Part shown: one piece after another, positions 36,901 through 47,206 of the stretch
Position numbering within the stretch: the stretch's first letter is position 1
Layout: each line of letters begins with the position of its first letter
Assembly: GCA_902576765.1 (NCBI GenBank)
Contig: CACGWH010000002.1
Coordinates: 9,672-73,671 of the forward strand
DNA length: 64,000 bases
Reading direction: 5' to 3'
From: an uncultured Pelagibacteraceae bacterium
Lineage (GTDB): Bacteria > Pseudomonadota > Alphaproteobacteria > Pelagibacterales > Pelagibacteraceae
Notes under the pieces: model-generated
What the model was told of the DNA's origin: nothing
Databases searched by the model: none
The model's input: the letters and a program-made list of their open reading frames with translations, nothing else
Translations under genes and position numbers: made by a program

Positions 36901-37728
36901 ATGAACTTAGAAATAAAAAAAGAATTAGCAAGTAACTGGTTTAAAATGTTGCAAGATTCTATTTGCGAGTCAATAAATAAACTAGAGAAGAAAAATGCAA
37001 AATTTAAATCTACAAATTGGAAAAGAAATCTAAAAAAAGATGAAGGTGGAGGAGAATATAGAATTTTAAAAAATGGGAAAATTTTTGATAAAGTTGGAGT
37101 AAACTACTCAAAAGTTTACGGAAGATTTCCAAAGAAATTTCAAAAAAATATTCCTGGGGCAAAAAAAAATCCAAAATTTTGGGCATCTGGAATTTCAGTT
37201 GTTATGCACATGAAAAATCCTCAAATCCCAGCAATGCATTTTAATACTAGATATATCTGTACCACTCAGGACTGGTTTGGTGGAGGAATGGATGTAACTC
37301 CATCCAAAAACGATCAAAATGAAAAAAAAGATTTCCATAAAATTTTAAAAAAAATGTGTAATAGACATAATAAAAATTACTATTCAAAATATAAAAAATG
37401 GTGTGATAAATATTTTTATTTACCACACAGAAAAGAACCAAGAGGAATAGGAGGAATTTTCTTTGATTATAAAAAAAATAATTTCGAAAAAGACTTTAAA
37501 TTCGTTCGAGATGTAGGGGTTACATTTCAATATATTTTTCAAAAAATTATTAAAAAAAAAATGAAAAGAAAATGGACTTCCAAAGATAAAGAATTGCAAT
37601 ATATTAAAAGAGGTAGGTACACAGAATTTAACTTATTGTATGACAGAGGAACAAAATTTGGATTACAAACAGGAGGAAACATTGAGGGTATATTGATGTC
37701 CTTACCTCCTTTGGCAAAATGGAACTAA
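36901..37728 (+). CDS. hemF: Oxygen-dependent coproporphyrinogen III oxidase
   Basis: [36 protein letters not shown]. Confidence 0.96.
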   Translation: MNLEIKKELASNWFKMLQDSICESINKLEKKNAKFKSTNWKRNLKKDEGGGEYRILKNGKIFDKVGVNYSKVYGRFPKKFQKNIPGAKKNPKFWASGISVVMHMKNPQIPAMHFNTRYICTTQDWFGGGMDVTPSKNDQNEKKDFHKILKKMCNRHNKNYYSKYKKWCDKYFYLPHRKEPRGIGGIFFDYKKNNFEKDFKFVRDVGVTFQYIFQKIIKKKMKRKWTSKDKELQYIKRGRYTEFNLLYDRGTKFGLQTGGNIEGILMSLPPLAKWN

Positions 37729-37729
37729 T

Positions 37730-38206
37730 ATGGATAAAGAACCAATTACTTTAAATGGCTTAAATAAACTAAAAGAGGAATTAATTTTTTTAAAAGAAAA
37801 AAAAAGACCAGAAATTGTTGCAGCAATTGCTGAAGCAAGATCACATGGTGATCTTAAGGAAAATGCTGAGTATCATGCAGCAAAAGAAGAACAATCACAT
37901 AACGAAGGAAGAATAACTGAAATTAATGATATAATTGCAAGAGCCAATGTAATTGATGTTACAAAGATAAATAATGATGGAAAAGTAATTTTTGGCTCAA
38001 CAGTTTTTTTAGAAAATTTAGATACTGGTGAAAATATAAACTATAAAATAGTTGGAAAAGATGAGGCTGATTTAAAACAAAAACTAATTTATTTTCAGTC
38101 ACCCATAGGTAAAGGTTTGATTGGAAAAAATAAAAATGATTTAGTTGAGATAAATACACCTGCGGGTGTTAAAAATTTTGAAATTAAGGATGTAAAATAT
38201 ATTTAA
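37730..38206 (+). CDS. greA: Transcription elongation factor GreA
   Basis: [19 protein letters not shown]. Confidence 0.97.
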   Translation: MDKEPITLNGLNKLKEELIFLKEKKRPEIVAAIAEARSHGDLKENAEYHAAKEEQSHNEGRITEINDIIARANVIDVTKINNDGKVIFGSTVFLENLDTGENINYKIVGKDEADLKQKLIYFQSPIGKGLIGKNKNDLVEINTPAGVKNFEIKDVKYI

Positions 38207-39477
38207 TTCATAATTATATTCTCAACTTGTTTATCCGAGATAGTAAAATTATTTTTTACCCACTCTACCTCAATTTTTTTTAATTTTACTCCTAATTGTT
38301 TTCCTTCAGGTATTTTATATTTTTGCATCAATAATTCAGCTCCAATAGGCATTTTAGGTATTGGCTTATTTTTATAGTATTCAATTAGTTCAATTAGTGA
38401 TTTATCTATTTTTTTTGATTTAATTACTTTAAATCTTAAAACATCTAGGACAGCTTGATTGCCCTCATAATAAAAATATTCATTAAAGTTATATTGAGTA
38501 AATTTTTTTAAATTAAACTTATCTTTGAAAAAACTGTCAATAATCTTGATTCTTTTTTGATCTTTTTTAGAAAGATTGTATTTATATAAAAAATAATCAA
38601 CATTATCAGAGTTATCTATTATCATCAGAGATAGTAAAAAAATAAAATCAACTTCTCTCAAAACATTTTTTTTTTCTGAGTTAAGTTTATTAAAAAGGTT
38701 ATAATTTTTTAATTCAGGAAAAATGATTAAAATCAATTCTAAACTTAATTTTTCATTAATCAGTTTTTCTAAAGTGTCTAACTTAAATATTTTTTTTAAT
38801 TCATCTAGTAATCTTTCTTTCGAAAGTTTTGAAACTCCACCAATATTTATTTTCAATTTTCTTAAAATTTCTGAATTATGAGGTTGTTTTGAATAATTTA
38901 AAAAAAATCTTATATACCTTAGTATTCTTAAATAATCCTCTTGTATTCTTTTATTTACATCTCCAATAAAATTTATGCAGCCCTCTTCTAAGTCTTTTTT
39001 ACCATTATATGGATCAAATAAGTTTCCTTCTGCATCAGAATAAATCGCGTTAATTGTAAAATCTCTCCTTGAAGCATCATCTTTCCAATTATTTGTAAAT
39101 TCAACTTTGGCATGTCTTCCATCTGTAGAAACATCTTTTCTTAAAGTTGTTATTTCAAATTTATAATTATCAATTAAAGCTGTGATTGTTCCGTGATCAA
39201 TTCCACTTTCATAATAATTTATTTCTTTTTTTTTTAAGACCTCACAAACCTGTTCTGGCAACAAATTTGTTGCTAAATCAATATCATCAACTTTTTCGTT
39301 ATTTATGATTTTTCTTACACAACCGCCAACGTATCGAATTTCACTTTCTTCAGAATATTCATTTATTGCTTCAAATATTTTTCTTACAGGCGTATTATTT
39401 GTGAGATTTTTTATTTTATTACTTAAATAATTTAAGTTGTTTGATCTAAAAAAAATTTTATCTAAAAAGGTTCTCAT
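38203..39477 (-). CDS. cca: CCA tRNA nucleotidyltransferase
   Basis: [28 protein letters not shown]. Confidence 0.9.
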   Translation of the reverse strand: MRTFLDKIFFRSNNLNYLSNKIKNLTNNTPVRKIFEAINEYSEESEIRYVGGCVRKIINNEKVDDIDLATNLLPEQVCEVLKKKEINYYESGIDHGTITALIDNYKFEITTLRKDVSTDGRHAKVEFTNNWKDDASRRDFTINAIYSDAEGNLFDPYNGKKDLEEGCINFIGDVNKRIQEDYLRILRYIRFFLNYSKQPHNSEILRKLKINIGGVSKLSKERLLDELKKIFKLDTLEKLINEKLSLELILIIFPELKNYNLFNKLNSEKKNVLREVDFIFLLSLMIIDNSDNVDYFLYKYNLSKKDQKRIKIIDSFFKDKFNLKKFTQYNFNEYFYYEGNQAVLDVLRFKVIKSKKIDKSLIELIEYYKNKPIPKMPIGAELLMQKYKIPEGKQLGVKLKKIEVEWVKNNFTISDKQVENIIMN

Positions 39478-39480
39478 ATT

Positions 39481-39554
39481 TGGCTGGGGCGCTAGGATTC
39501 GAACCTAGGATGCAGGTACCAAAAACCCGTGCCTTACCGCTTGGCTACGCCCCA
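39481..39554 (-). tRNA. tRNA-Gln(TTG)
   Basis: Reverse complement TGGGGCGTAGCCAAGCGGTAAGGCACGGGTTTTTGGTACCTGCATCCTAGGTTCGAATCCTAGCGCCCCAGCCA; canonical loops. Confidence 0.96.
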
Positions 39555-39587
39555 ATATTAATTTCGTATAACACAAAAAAATAAAAT

Positions 39588-40433
39588 TTATATAGTTTTT
39601 GATGCTACACACCAGTAATTTTTATACTTTTTAATAAACAGTTTCTTTGCATTTTCACATTTTTTCTTAGAATTAAAATAAGCAATTAACGCTGAACCTG
39701 ATCCAGTCATTCTTACAAAAATTGCTTTTGATGAAAATTCTAAATAAGTCTTTATAGCTTTTAGTTTTGGATGTTTAGAAAATGCTATTGGCTCTAAAGA
39801 GTTTTTCATCTTAGATAGGAAATCTAAATTAAACATCTTTTTATGAGGTCTATTTAAACTTGATTTATCAAATTTTCTAACTTTTGAGTAAATTTCCTTA
39901 GTAGAACATCCAAAATTAGGTTTCATAATTAAAGCATGAATTTTTTCAGTGTTTTTGAAATATTTAATTTTATTATTTGAACTTAAAACTGAGTTAACAA
40001 ACCTTTGACCTAAAATCACGTCAGATCCAATTAATTTTGAAATCATAATTATTTCTTTTTTTGAAATATTTATAACCTTTTTTTTTACAAAATATTTCAA
40101 AAGTGTAGCGGCGTTCATAGAGCCACCTCCTAAACCAGCTTTATTAGGTATCATTTTTTTTACTTTTATATGGAATTTTTTATTTTTGAGAAATTTTTTC
40201 TTCTCGAGTAATTTTAGTAATTTAGCTATTGAATTTTCTTTACCTATACCTTTAGAAAATTTGCCTCTGAAAGAAACTATATGTTTATTAGAATTGATTT
40301 TTTTTATGAATATTTCATCATGTAGAGATAAAAAGGCAATAATAGACTCTATTTTGTGTAATAAATGAGTTTTGCCTATTATGTTTAAGGCTAGATTAAT
40401 TTTGGCATGAGATTTTATTTTGTCATAGGACAT
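39588..40433 (-). CDS. ispE: 4-diphosphocytidyl-2-C-methyl-D-erythritol kinase
   Basis: AKINLAL, AGLGGGS, GSDV, MTGSGS; start taken at ATG 40433. Confidence 0.92.
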   Translation of the reverse strand: MSYDKIKSHAKINLALNIIGKTHLLHKIESIIAFLSLHDEIFIKKINSNKHIVSFRGKFSKGIGKENSIAKLLKLLEKKKFLKNKKFHIKVKKMIPNKAGLGGGSMNAATLLKYFVKKKVINISKKEIIMISKLIGSDVILGQRFVNSVLSSNNKIKYFKNTEKIHALIMKPNFGCSTKEIYSKVRKFDKSSLNRPHKKMFNLDFLSKMKNSLEPIAFSKHPKLKAIKTYLEFSSKAIFVRMTGSGSALIAYFNSKKKCENAKKLFIKKYKNYWCVASKTI

Positions 40434-40434
40434 A

Positions 40435-42123
40435 TTATGAGTTTTTAAGTCCTTCAATAATTTTTTTATTTATTTTATTTAACATTTCCTCATCTACATC
40501 CTCCATTTTTAGTACGTTACGCCAAAAATATCTTGCCTGAATTTTTCTATCTAATTTCCAAAGAATATCTCCATAATGATCGTTAACAATAGAGTCATCT
40601 GGCATTAATTCGACTGCTCTTTTTAAAAATTTTTCAGCTTTTTTATAATCATTAGTCAAATAATAAGCCCAACCAATAGAGTCTATAATGTAAGGATCAT
40701 CGCTTTCTAATTCATAAGCAGTTTCAAGCATCTTAATGGCTTCTTCAATTTTAAAATTTCTCTCAAGCCAGGAATATGCTAAATAATTTAAAACATAAGC
40801 ATCATCTGGATCTATTTTAAGAGAGTCTTGCAAGTCTTTATCTGATTTTGAATATTCTTTCATTCTTTCATAAGTGCCACCCCTTCTGTAAAGAAGATCC
40901 TGCTTAATTTCTGAATTATCATCAAATATTTCAATTAGCTGAGTATAATAAATAATCGCTTCATCATATTTTTTAAAATTTTTATAAAAATTCGCCATAT
41001 CAAATAATATTTTTTTATTAGGAGAGACAATTTTTTTAAATTCTGAATTAATAAAGTTAAGCGACTCATTATTACCAACTTCTTTAGCTATAATTTGAGC
41101 TTCTTTCTTTATTCGATACCAGTCATAAAAAATGTTGTTTTTATTATCTAGTTTTTTTAGAGTTTTCCTAGCTTTTTTATACTCTTTATTAAGATATTGG
41201 TTTTCAGCAACTAAAGATAAATTAAAAATAAATTTAGAATTTAAAAAATTTGATAAATTTAAATAAAAATTAGACTTTTCGAAGCTATCTTCTGATGAAT
41301 ATAAATTGGAGATTAAAAATAAAAATTCACTAATTATATCATTTGGGTTTCTACAAGAAAAAACTTTTTGAAATTGATCAAAATTTCCTTTCTCAATCCA
41401 ACTTTTTCCTTGTGATAACAAAAGTGTTGAATTGATGTAATGGATATCATCTGTGATCTTTTTAGCTTCAATTATTCTGTCATTTTCAATTAAATAGGCT
41501 AAGTAAAAGAAAATATATCTGCTGTAATCTATCTCAGGATTGTTAATCAATTTTGAAAAGTAAGCATCTGTATTATCATCCTGTATGTAACATCTTTGAA
41601 ATGCTTCAGAAATACTCGACAACTTTCCAAAGTTTTTTTTATTTTTTAAAATTTTTATTTCTTTAAAAGTAAAAATATAATCTTTAAGACTTTCTAGAAT
41701 AGCCGCATCAACCCTGTCATCAGAGATAAGGTTTTCCATCTCAATCAAATGTGAATAAGCTCCACTTAAATTATTTTTTTTTAGATAATCTATAATTAAC
41801 AACAAATGTGCATCAAAGTAATCAGTATTGTTTTTATTCTTATTGCTTTTTATTATATTTATTGCTTGTGAAATCTTATTTTCCAAAACTAAAGAGTATA
41901 TATACCTCTTTAAAAAAGGATCATGTTGATCAAGTAAAATTTTAGATGAATTAAAAAAATTTAGAGCTGATGAATTATCTTTATTTTCATAAGCCACTAT
42001 TCCTGAAAAATATCTCGATAAATTTTTTGAATTAAAATCATCAAAACTAACACTTTTAGAATTTACAGGTGTCTGATAAAATAAAAAAATTAATATGATA
42101 AATTTAATATTTTTTAGTAACAT
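40435..42123 (-). CDS. Exported tetratricopeptide-repeat protein
   Basis: Signal peptide; C-terminal TPRs with VLNYLAYSW, IIDSIGW, DHYGDILW; conserved upstream of ispE. Confidence 0.88.
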   Translation of the reverse strand: MLLKNIKFIILIFLFYQTPVNSKSVSFDDFNSKNLSRYFSGIVAYENKDNSSALNFFNSSKILLDQHDPFLKRYIYSLVLENKISQAINIIKSNKNKNNTDYFDAHLLLIIDYLKKNNLSGAYSHLIEMENLISDDRVDAAILESLKDYIFTFKEIKILKNKKNFGKLSSISEAFQRCYIQDDNTDAYFSKLINNPEIDYSRYIFFYLAYLIENDRIIEAKKITDDIHYINSTLLLSQGKSWIEKGNFDQFQKVFSCRNPNDIISEFLFLISNLYSSEDSFEKSNFYLNLSNFLNSKFIFNLSLVAENQYLNKEYKKARKTLKKLDNKNNIFYDWYRIKKEAQIIAKEVGNNESLNFINSEFKKIVSPNKKILFDMANFYKNFKKYDEAIIYYTQLIEIFDDNSEIKQDLLYRRGGTYERMKEYSKSDKDLQDSLKIDPDDAYVLNYLAYSWLERNFKIEEAIKMLETAYELESDDPYIIDSIGWAYYLTNDYKKAEKFLKRAVELMPDDSIVNDHYGDILWKLDRKIQARYFWRNVLKMEDVDEEMLNKINKKIIEGLKNS

Positions 42124-42134
42124 AATGGTACTTT

Positions 42135-42845
42135 ATGGCTAAAAAGACTTTAAATCAAAATGCCAAATATGTTCAGGATTTAATAGATAGTGTTGAACCA
42201 GACTACATTTTTAGTAATAAGCCACTTAATAGATTTAAAGTTTTTGACGGAAATGATAAAGATAATAAAAGAGAAAAACTCTCTAACCTTAAAGAAAAGA
42301 TAAATTCAATTGAAAATTGTATTTTAAAAAGTAATTCAAAGAACCTGGTGATGGGTGTTGGTGATATAAATAGTCCAATAATGATAGTTGGAGAAGCTCC
42401 CGGAATTGAGGAGGATAATTCCGGATTACCTTTTCAAGGTGAAGTTGGAAAATTATTAAATAAGATGCTATTAGCAATCAATATTGATAAAGAAAAAGTC
42501 TATACAACATATTCAATAAATTTTAGACCTCCAGAGGATAGAAAACCATCAAGCCAAGAAATTAGAAGATATTCATCATTTTTAATTGAACATTCATCAA
42601 TTATAAATCCGAAAATAATAATATTAATGGGCAGTACTGCAATGGAATGTCTCACAGGAATAAATGGCAAAATCTCAGATGAAAGAGGTAAATGGAAAGA
42701 AATTATTATTAAAGATAAAACTTTTCCTGTTATGATTACTTTTAGTGCCTCTTATTTAATGAGATACCCCGACAATAAAAAATATTCATGGGAAGACTTA
42801 AAAAAAATAAGAAAAAAAATTCAAGATTTGAATATTAATATTTAA
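42135..42845 (+). CDS. Uracil-DNA glycosylase family 4-like protein
   Basis: GEAPG motif A, PFQGEVGKLL, RPPEDRKP; motif B degenerate. Confidence 0.82.
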   Translation: MAKKTLNQNAKYVQDLIDSVEPDYIFSNKPLNRFKVFDGNDKDNKREKLSNLKEKINSIENCILKSNSKNLVMGVGDINSPIMIVGEAPGIEEDNSGLPFQGEVGKLLNKMLLAINIDKEKVYTTYSINFRPPEDRKPSSQEIRRYSSFLIEHSSIINPKIIILMGSTAMECLTGINGKISDERGKWKEIIIKDKTFPVMITFSASYLMRYPDNKKYSWEDLKKIRKKIQDLNINI

Positions 42846-43405
42846 TGAAAAAAGTAGCTGGTGTTGATGAAGTTGGCCGTGGAAGTTTAATTGGCCCAGT
42901 TTATGCGGCAGCTGTAATATTAAACAAAAATATTAATAAAAAAGTATTAAGGGACTCAAAAATTTTACCAAGAAATAGAAGAGAAATTTTAGCAACATAT
43001 ATAAAAAAAAATTCCATATGGGCAGTTGGAAAAGCATCAGCTAAAGAAATTGAAAAAATAAATATCCTTAATGCAAGTTTATTAGCAATGAAAAGAGCAA
43101 TTAAAAATTTAAAAAGAAAACCAGAACTAGTTTTAATTGATGGAAATAAATTGCCTGATATGAAAAATTATAATTTAAGATCGGTTATTAAGGGAGACCA
43201 AAAGATAGCCTCAATATCTGCAGCATCAATTATTGCTAAAGTTAGCCGTGATAAGATGATAATCAAACTAGGAAAAAAATTTAAGGGTTATAATTGGTGT
43301 CAAAATTTTGGTTATGGAACACGACAACATTTAAAAGCTATAAAAAGGTTAGGAATTTCACCCCATCATCGTAAAACTTTTTCACCATTTAAAAGAAAAA
43401 AATAG
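42845..43405 (+). CDS. rnhB: Ribonuclease HII
   Basis: GVDEVGRG, DSK, DGN, AASIIAKV. Confidence 0.96.
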   Translation: MKKVAGVDEVGRGSLIGPVYAAAVILNKNINKKVLRDSKILPRNRREILATYIKKNSIWAVGKASAKEIEKINILNASLLAMKRAIKNLKRKPELVLIDGNKLPDMKNYNLRSVIKGDQKIASISAASIIAKVSRDKMIIKLGKKFKGYNWCQNFGYGTRQHLKAIKRLGISPHHRKTFSPFKRKK

Positions 43406-43524
43406 GTTTCACGTAGAAACACAACATCTTGTTGTCTTTAAAAAGCTTTGCACTAATTGAATCCAAATAATTCAATCGTAGGTTGACCCAAGAATCTTTT
43501 TGGAGTCTAATTTGTTTTTATAAA

Positions 43525-44595
43525 ATGAATTTAGATTTCAAAAATAAATTAATTAACGGAGATAGTTTAAAAGAATTAAAAAAAATCCCCAATGAGACTT
43601 TTGATTTAATTTTTGCTGACCCTCCTTACAACCTACAACTTAAAAGTGAACTTATAAGACCGGATAGATCTAAGGTAAGTGCAGTGAATGATAGATGGGA
43701 TCAATTTGAAAATTTCAAAAAATATGATGATTTCACTTATTTATGGTTAAGCGAATGTAAAAGAATTTTAAAAAAGAATGGAGCTATTTGGGTAATTGGT
43801 AGTTATCACAATATTTTTAGGGTTGGGACAGCAATTCAAAATTTAGGGTATTGGATTTTAAATGATGTTATTTGGAATAAGAAAAATCCAATGCCAAATT
43901 TTAGAGGGACTCGTTTTACCAATGCTCATGAAACTTTAATTTGGGCCTCAAAATCTGAAAAATCAAAATACACTTTTAATTATCAATCCTTAAAGTGTTT
44001 AAATGATGACCTTCAAATGAGATCTAATTGGGAACTGCCAATTTGTAACGGCTCAGAGAGACTAAAAAAAAATGGTAAAAAAGTACATTCTACGCAAAAA
44101 CCAGAGGCTCTACTTCACAGGATTTTATTAGCAACATCAAATAAAGATGATTTAGTTTTAGATCCTTTTTTAGGATCTGGAACAACTGCAACAGTTGCTA
44201 AAAAATTGGGAAGAAATTATTATGGTATTGAGAAAGAGAAATCATATTTTAAAGCCGCTGAACAAAGAATAAAAAAAACAAAGCCTATTGAAGATCATTA
44301 TTTAGACACTCTTCAGAATGGTAGATCTAAACCCAGAATACCTTTTGGTTCATTAGTTGAATTAGGAATAATTAAACCAGGCACAACAATTTTCGATAAC
44401 AAGAAGAAAATTAGCGCAAAAATCATGGCTGATGGCAGTATTAAACACGATCAAACAGAAGGTTCAATTCACAAAGTAGCAGCTACAATTTTGGGTGCTG
44501 AAAGCTGTAATGGATGGACTTATTGGTACTATAATTTAAATGGTCGGGCTGTTCCCATCGATTATTTAAGGCAAAGATTAATTTCAAATAATTAA
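43525..44595 (+). CDS. ccrM: Cell-cycle-regulated GANTC adenine methyltransferase
   Basis: FADPPYNLQL, NPMPNFRGTRFTNAHET, HSTQKP, DPFLGSGTT, C-terminal SIHK...CNGWTYW domain; rnhB-ccrM synteny; ATG 43525. Confidence 0.93.
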   Translation: MNLDFKNKLINGDSLKELKKIPNETFDLIFADPPYNLQLKSELIRPDRSKVSAVNDRWDQFENFKKYDDFTYLWLSECKRILKKNGAIWVIGSYHNIFRVGTAIQNLGYWILNDVIWNKKNPMPNFRGTRFTNAHETLIWASKSEKSKYTFNYQSLKCLNDDLQMRSNWELPICNGSERLKKNGKKVHSTQKPEALLHRILLATSNKDDLVLDPFLGSGTTATVAKKLGRNYYGIEKEKSYFKAAEQRIKKTKPIEDHYLDTLQNGRSKPRIPFGSLVELGIIKPGTTIFDNKKKISAKIMADGSIKHDQTEGSIHKVAATILGAESCNGWTYWYYNLNGRAVPIDYLRQRLISNN

Positions 44596-45737
44596 TTTTT
44601 GTATATTTTTCCCAAATAATTTTCTAAAAATCTTTTATTTTTGACTAATCTCTTCAAAAAAATGTTTCTTAAGAAATTAGTTAAAGGATTAGATAAATGG
44701 AATGCAAATTGATTAAACTTTGATCTGTTATTTACCATTCTTGTTTTGTTTACTCTATTTCTTAAAAAATTACCCTCTGTTTTATTTTCTATACTCAGGA
44801 ATAATTCGTATGCACTCTCTATTGACTGAGAAGCACCTTGAGCAAATGATGGAGGAAAGGCAAAAAAGGCATCGCCTATTAAATGCATGTTTTTATTTTT
44901 GGTTTGAGAAAAACTGTCACTTACAAATACTGGGAATATTTTTAATTTTTTAATTTCATCCAGAAATTCTCTCATTTCTATTGGAACATTATTTAAAACT
45001 CTTTTGATAAAATTTCCATCATTAAATAATGAGTGGTTTTTTTGCTCTTCTTTATTAAGTTTATATTTCATAATAGCTATAAAATTTAAATCTCTATTTT
45101 GATTTACTGGATAAATTACATAATGAAAATCTGGTCCTAAAAATAATGAGATATTTCTGCAATCAATTTTTTGAGAACAAGGCAATGTTCCTCTTATAGC
45201 TATTGTTTTATTATATCTCGGAGCAATTTGATTCTTTAAGATAAGACTTTTACTTTTTGAAAAAACTCCGTCAGAAATAATTAAATAATCACATTCAGAG
45301 GTCTCATTATTTTCGAATGTAAGTTGGATCTTCTGATTTTGCTGCTCTACCTTCGAAATGCTGTGATTAGTTTGAATTAAGTTTTCTAAATCTGTTTTTA
45401 AAAATTTCACTAATTCAGATCTTTTTAAAGTGGTATACTTGCAATCTGTCGAATTAAAGTCAGAAATATTCAAATCACAGATCTTGTTTGAACTTTTGAT
45501 AGAATAAAAATTTATTATATCGGGATTGAATTTTTGATCATTTTTAAATTTATCAAACCCAATTTGATTTAAAAGATTTACACTATTAACCGATAATTGA
45601 ATTCCATAACCTGCATCTAAATCTATTGAGTGACTCTTTTCATAAAGTGTAATTTGATAATTTGAACTTCTTTTAAATAAATTAGCAATGAATAAGCCAG
45701 AAATACCAGCTCCAATAATGGCAATTTTTTTCATCAA
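44592..45737 (-). CDS. FAD-dependent monooxygenase (salicylate hydroxylase/UbiH-like)
   Basis: GAGISG, SDGVFS, GDAFFAFPPSFAQGASQSIE. Confidence 0.85.
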   Translation of the reverse strand: MMKKIAIIGAGISGLFIANLFKRSSNYQITLYEKSHSIDLDAGYGIQLSVNSVNLLNQIGFDKFKNDQKFNPDIINFYSIKSSNKICDLNISDFNSTDCKYTTLKRSELVKFLKTDLENLIQTNHSISKVEQQNQKIQLTFENNETSECDYLIISDGVFSKSKSLILKNQIAPRYNKTIAIRGTLPCSQKIDCRNISLFLGPDFHYVIYPVNQNRDLNFIAIMKYKLNKEEQKNHSLFNDGNFIKRVLNNVPIEMREFLDEIKKLKIFPVFVSDSFSQTKNKNMHLIGDAFFAFPPSFAQGASQSIESAYELFLSIENKTEGNFLRNRVNKTRMVNNRSKFNQFAFHLSNPLTNFLRNIFLKRLVKNKRFLENYLGKIYKN

Positions 45738-46714
45738 TTTTTCTCTAGGTATTGAACAATTTTTTTAGTAAATGATGGTAGCATATAACTATTCATTTTT
45801 GTTCCATCTACCCAATATGAATAAGGAAATTTTTTATTATCATTTGAATACTCAATTTTTATATTCATATTCATATTAGACATTTTAAAATTTAAATTTT
45901 TGTTAAAATTTTTAGGATTAGATAATTCTTCCATAGGAAAGATAGTCAAATTTTTTAAAAAATTAAATTTTTTATTTTTAATCAGTAGATATCTTTGATT
46001 TTTTTTGTAAACTTTTAGCACAAAATATTTATCTTTATTTTTCTTAATATTCTTTATTAAACTAAAATCTTTCTTTTTATAAGATTTACAATTTTTTATA
46101 ATTGGACACTGAGCACATATTGGATTATTAGGTTTGCATATCAATGCTCCTAATTCCATTAAAGCTTGAGCATAATCACTAGATCTTAAAGTTTTTCCAA
46201 ATACAATTTTCTTTTGTAACAAGTAATCTTTTTGAATTTCTTTATCTTTCTTTAAATAAAGATATCTTTTTAAAACTCTTTCAATATTTCCGTCTAAAGG
46301 AATATATGGTTTGTTAAATGCAATAGCTAAAATTGCATTTGCAGTATAATTCCCAATACCAGGTAGAGTAATTAAATCCTCAAAATTGTCAGGTAATTTT
46401 CCATCAAAATTTTTTAAAATAACTTGCGCAGATTTTTTTAAATTTCTTGCTCTAGAATAATATCCAAGACCTTCCCAAAGTTTTATAAGTTTTTTCTCAC
46501 TAACTTTTGCAAGAGAATTAATAGATGGTAAATTTTTAATAAACCTATTAAAAAAAGGAATTACAGTTATAACTTGAGTTTGTTGTAACATAAACTCACT
46601 TATTAATGTGTAATATTGTTTTTTTTCTACAGAAACTTTTTTCCGCCAAGGTAAAGGTCTCTTATTTAAATCATACCATTTAAGAATTTTTTTTGTTATT
46701 ATCTTTTCCTTCAT
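45734..46714 (-). CDS. mutY: A/G-specific adenine glycosylase
   Basis: LPWR, SEFMLQQT, GLGYYSRARNL, HhH LPGIG, CX6CX2CX5C; start MKEKII at 46714. Confidence 0.94.
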   Translation of the reverse strand: MKEKIITKKILKWYDLNKRPLPWRKKVSVEKKQYYTLISEFMLQQTQVITVIPFFNRFIKNLPSINSLAKVSEKKLIKLWEGLGYYSRARNLKKSAQVILKNFDGKLPDNFEDLITLPGIGNYTANAILAIAFNKPYIPLDGNIERVLKRYLYLKKDKEIQKDYLLQKKIVFGKTLRSSDYAQALMELGALICKPNNPICAQCPIIKNCKSYKKKDFSLIKNIKKNKDKYFVLKVYKKNQRYLLIKNKKFNFLKNLTIFPMEELSNPKNFNKNLNFKMSNMNMNIKIEYSNDNKKFPYSYWVDGTKMNSYMLPSFTKKIVQYLEKN

Positions 46715-47206
46715 ATGCAATATAAAAATAATACTAAGCAGAGATGGGGCACCATTCAAGGTTTAAGATCTCTTAAGGACACTTTGCCAAAAAATATCAA
46801 AAAAGTTATTAATAATAGAGGTCAAGTTTATTCAGAAACATTAAACAATTGGAAACTCATAGCAGGAGAAACTCTTTTTAAGGTTTGTTATCCAAAATCA
46901 TTTAAAAATTCAAATAAATTTGGAGTAAGCACTTTATTGGTAATGGTAAAAAGAGGTCATGAGGTAGACTTAGAATATTCAAAAAAGGAAATCATGGATA
47001 GGATGAATAATTTTTTTGGAAAAACAGTCGTAGAAAAAATTAAATTTACTAGCTTTGAAGAGGATCAAAAAATTTCAACAGGAGTTTCAAAAAGTTTTGA
47101 AAATAATGTGACAAAAAACAAACATCAAAATCAAATAAATAATGTTAAAAATGAAAAAATTAAAAAATCATTATTAGAATTGACTAAAGTATTTAAAGAA
47201 AAATGA
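46715..47206 (+). CDS. DUF721/DciA-family protein
   Basis: NNWKLIAG, EIMDRMNNFFG...VEKI; mutY-DUF721-dsbA-smc synteny. Confidence 0.75.
   Translation: MQYKNNTKQRWGTIQGLRSLKDTLPKNIKKVINNRGQVYSETLNNWKLIAGETLFKVCYPKSFKNSNKFGVSTLLVMVKRGHEVDLEYSKKEIMDRMNNFFGKTVVEKIKFTSFEEDQKISTGVSKSFENNVTKNKHQNQINNVKNEKIKKSLLELTKVFKEK

Noticed and set aside
43525-44595. DNA methyltransferase as part of a restriction-modification or defence system
   Set aside because: Sequence and rnhB synteny identify the orphan housekeeping CcrM; there is no adjacent nuclease.
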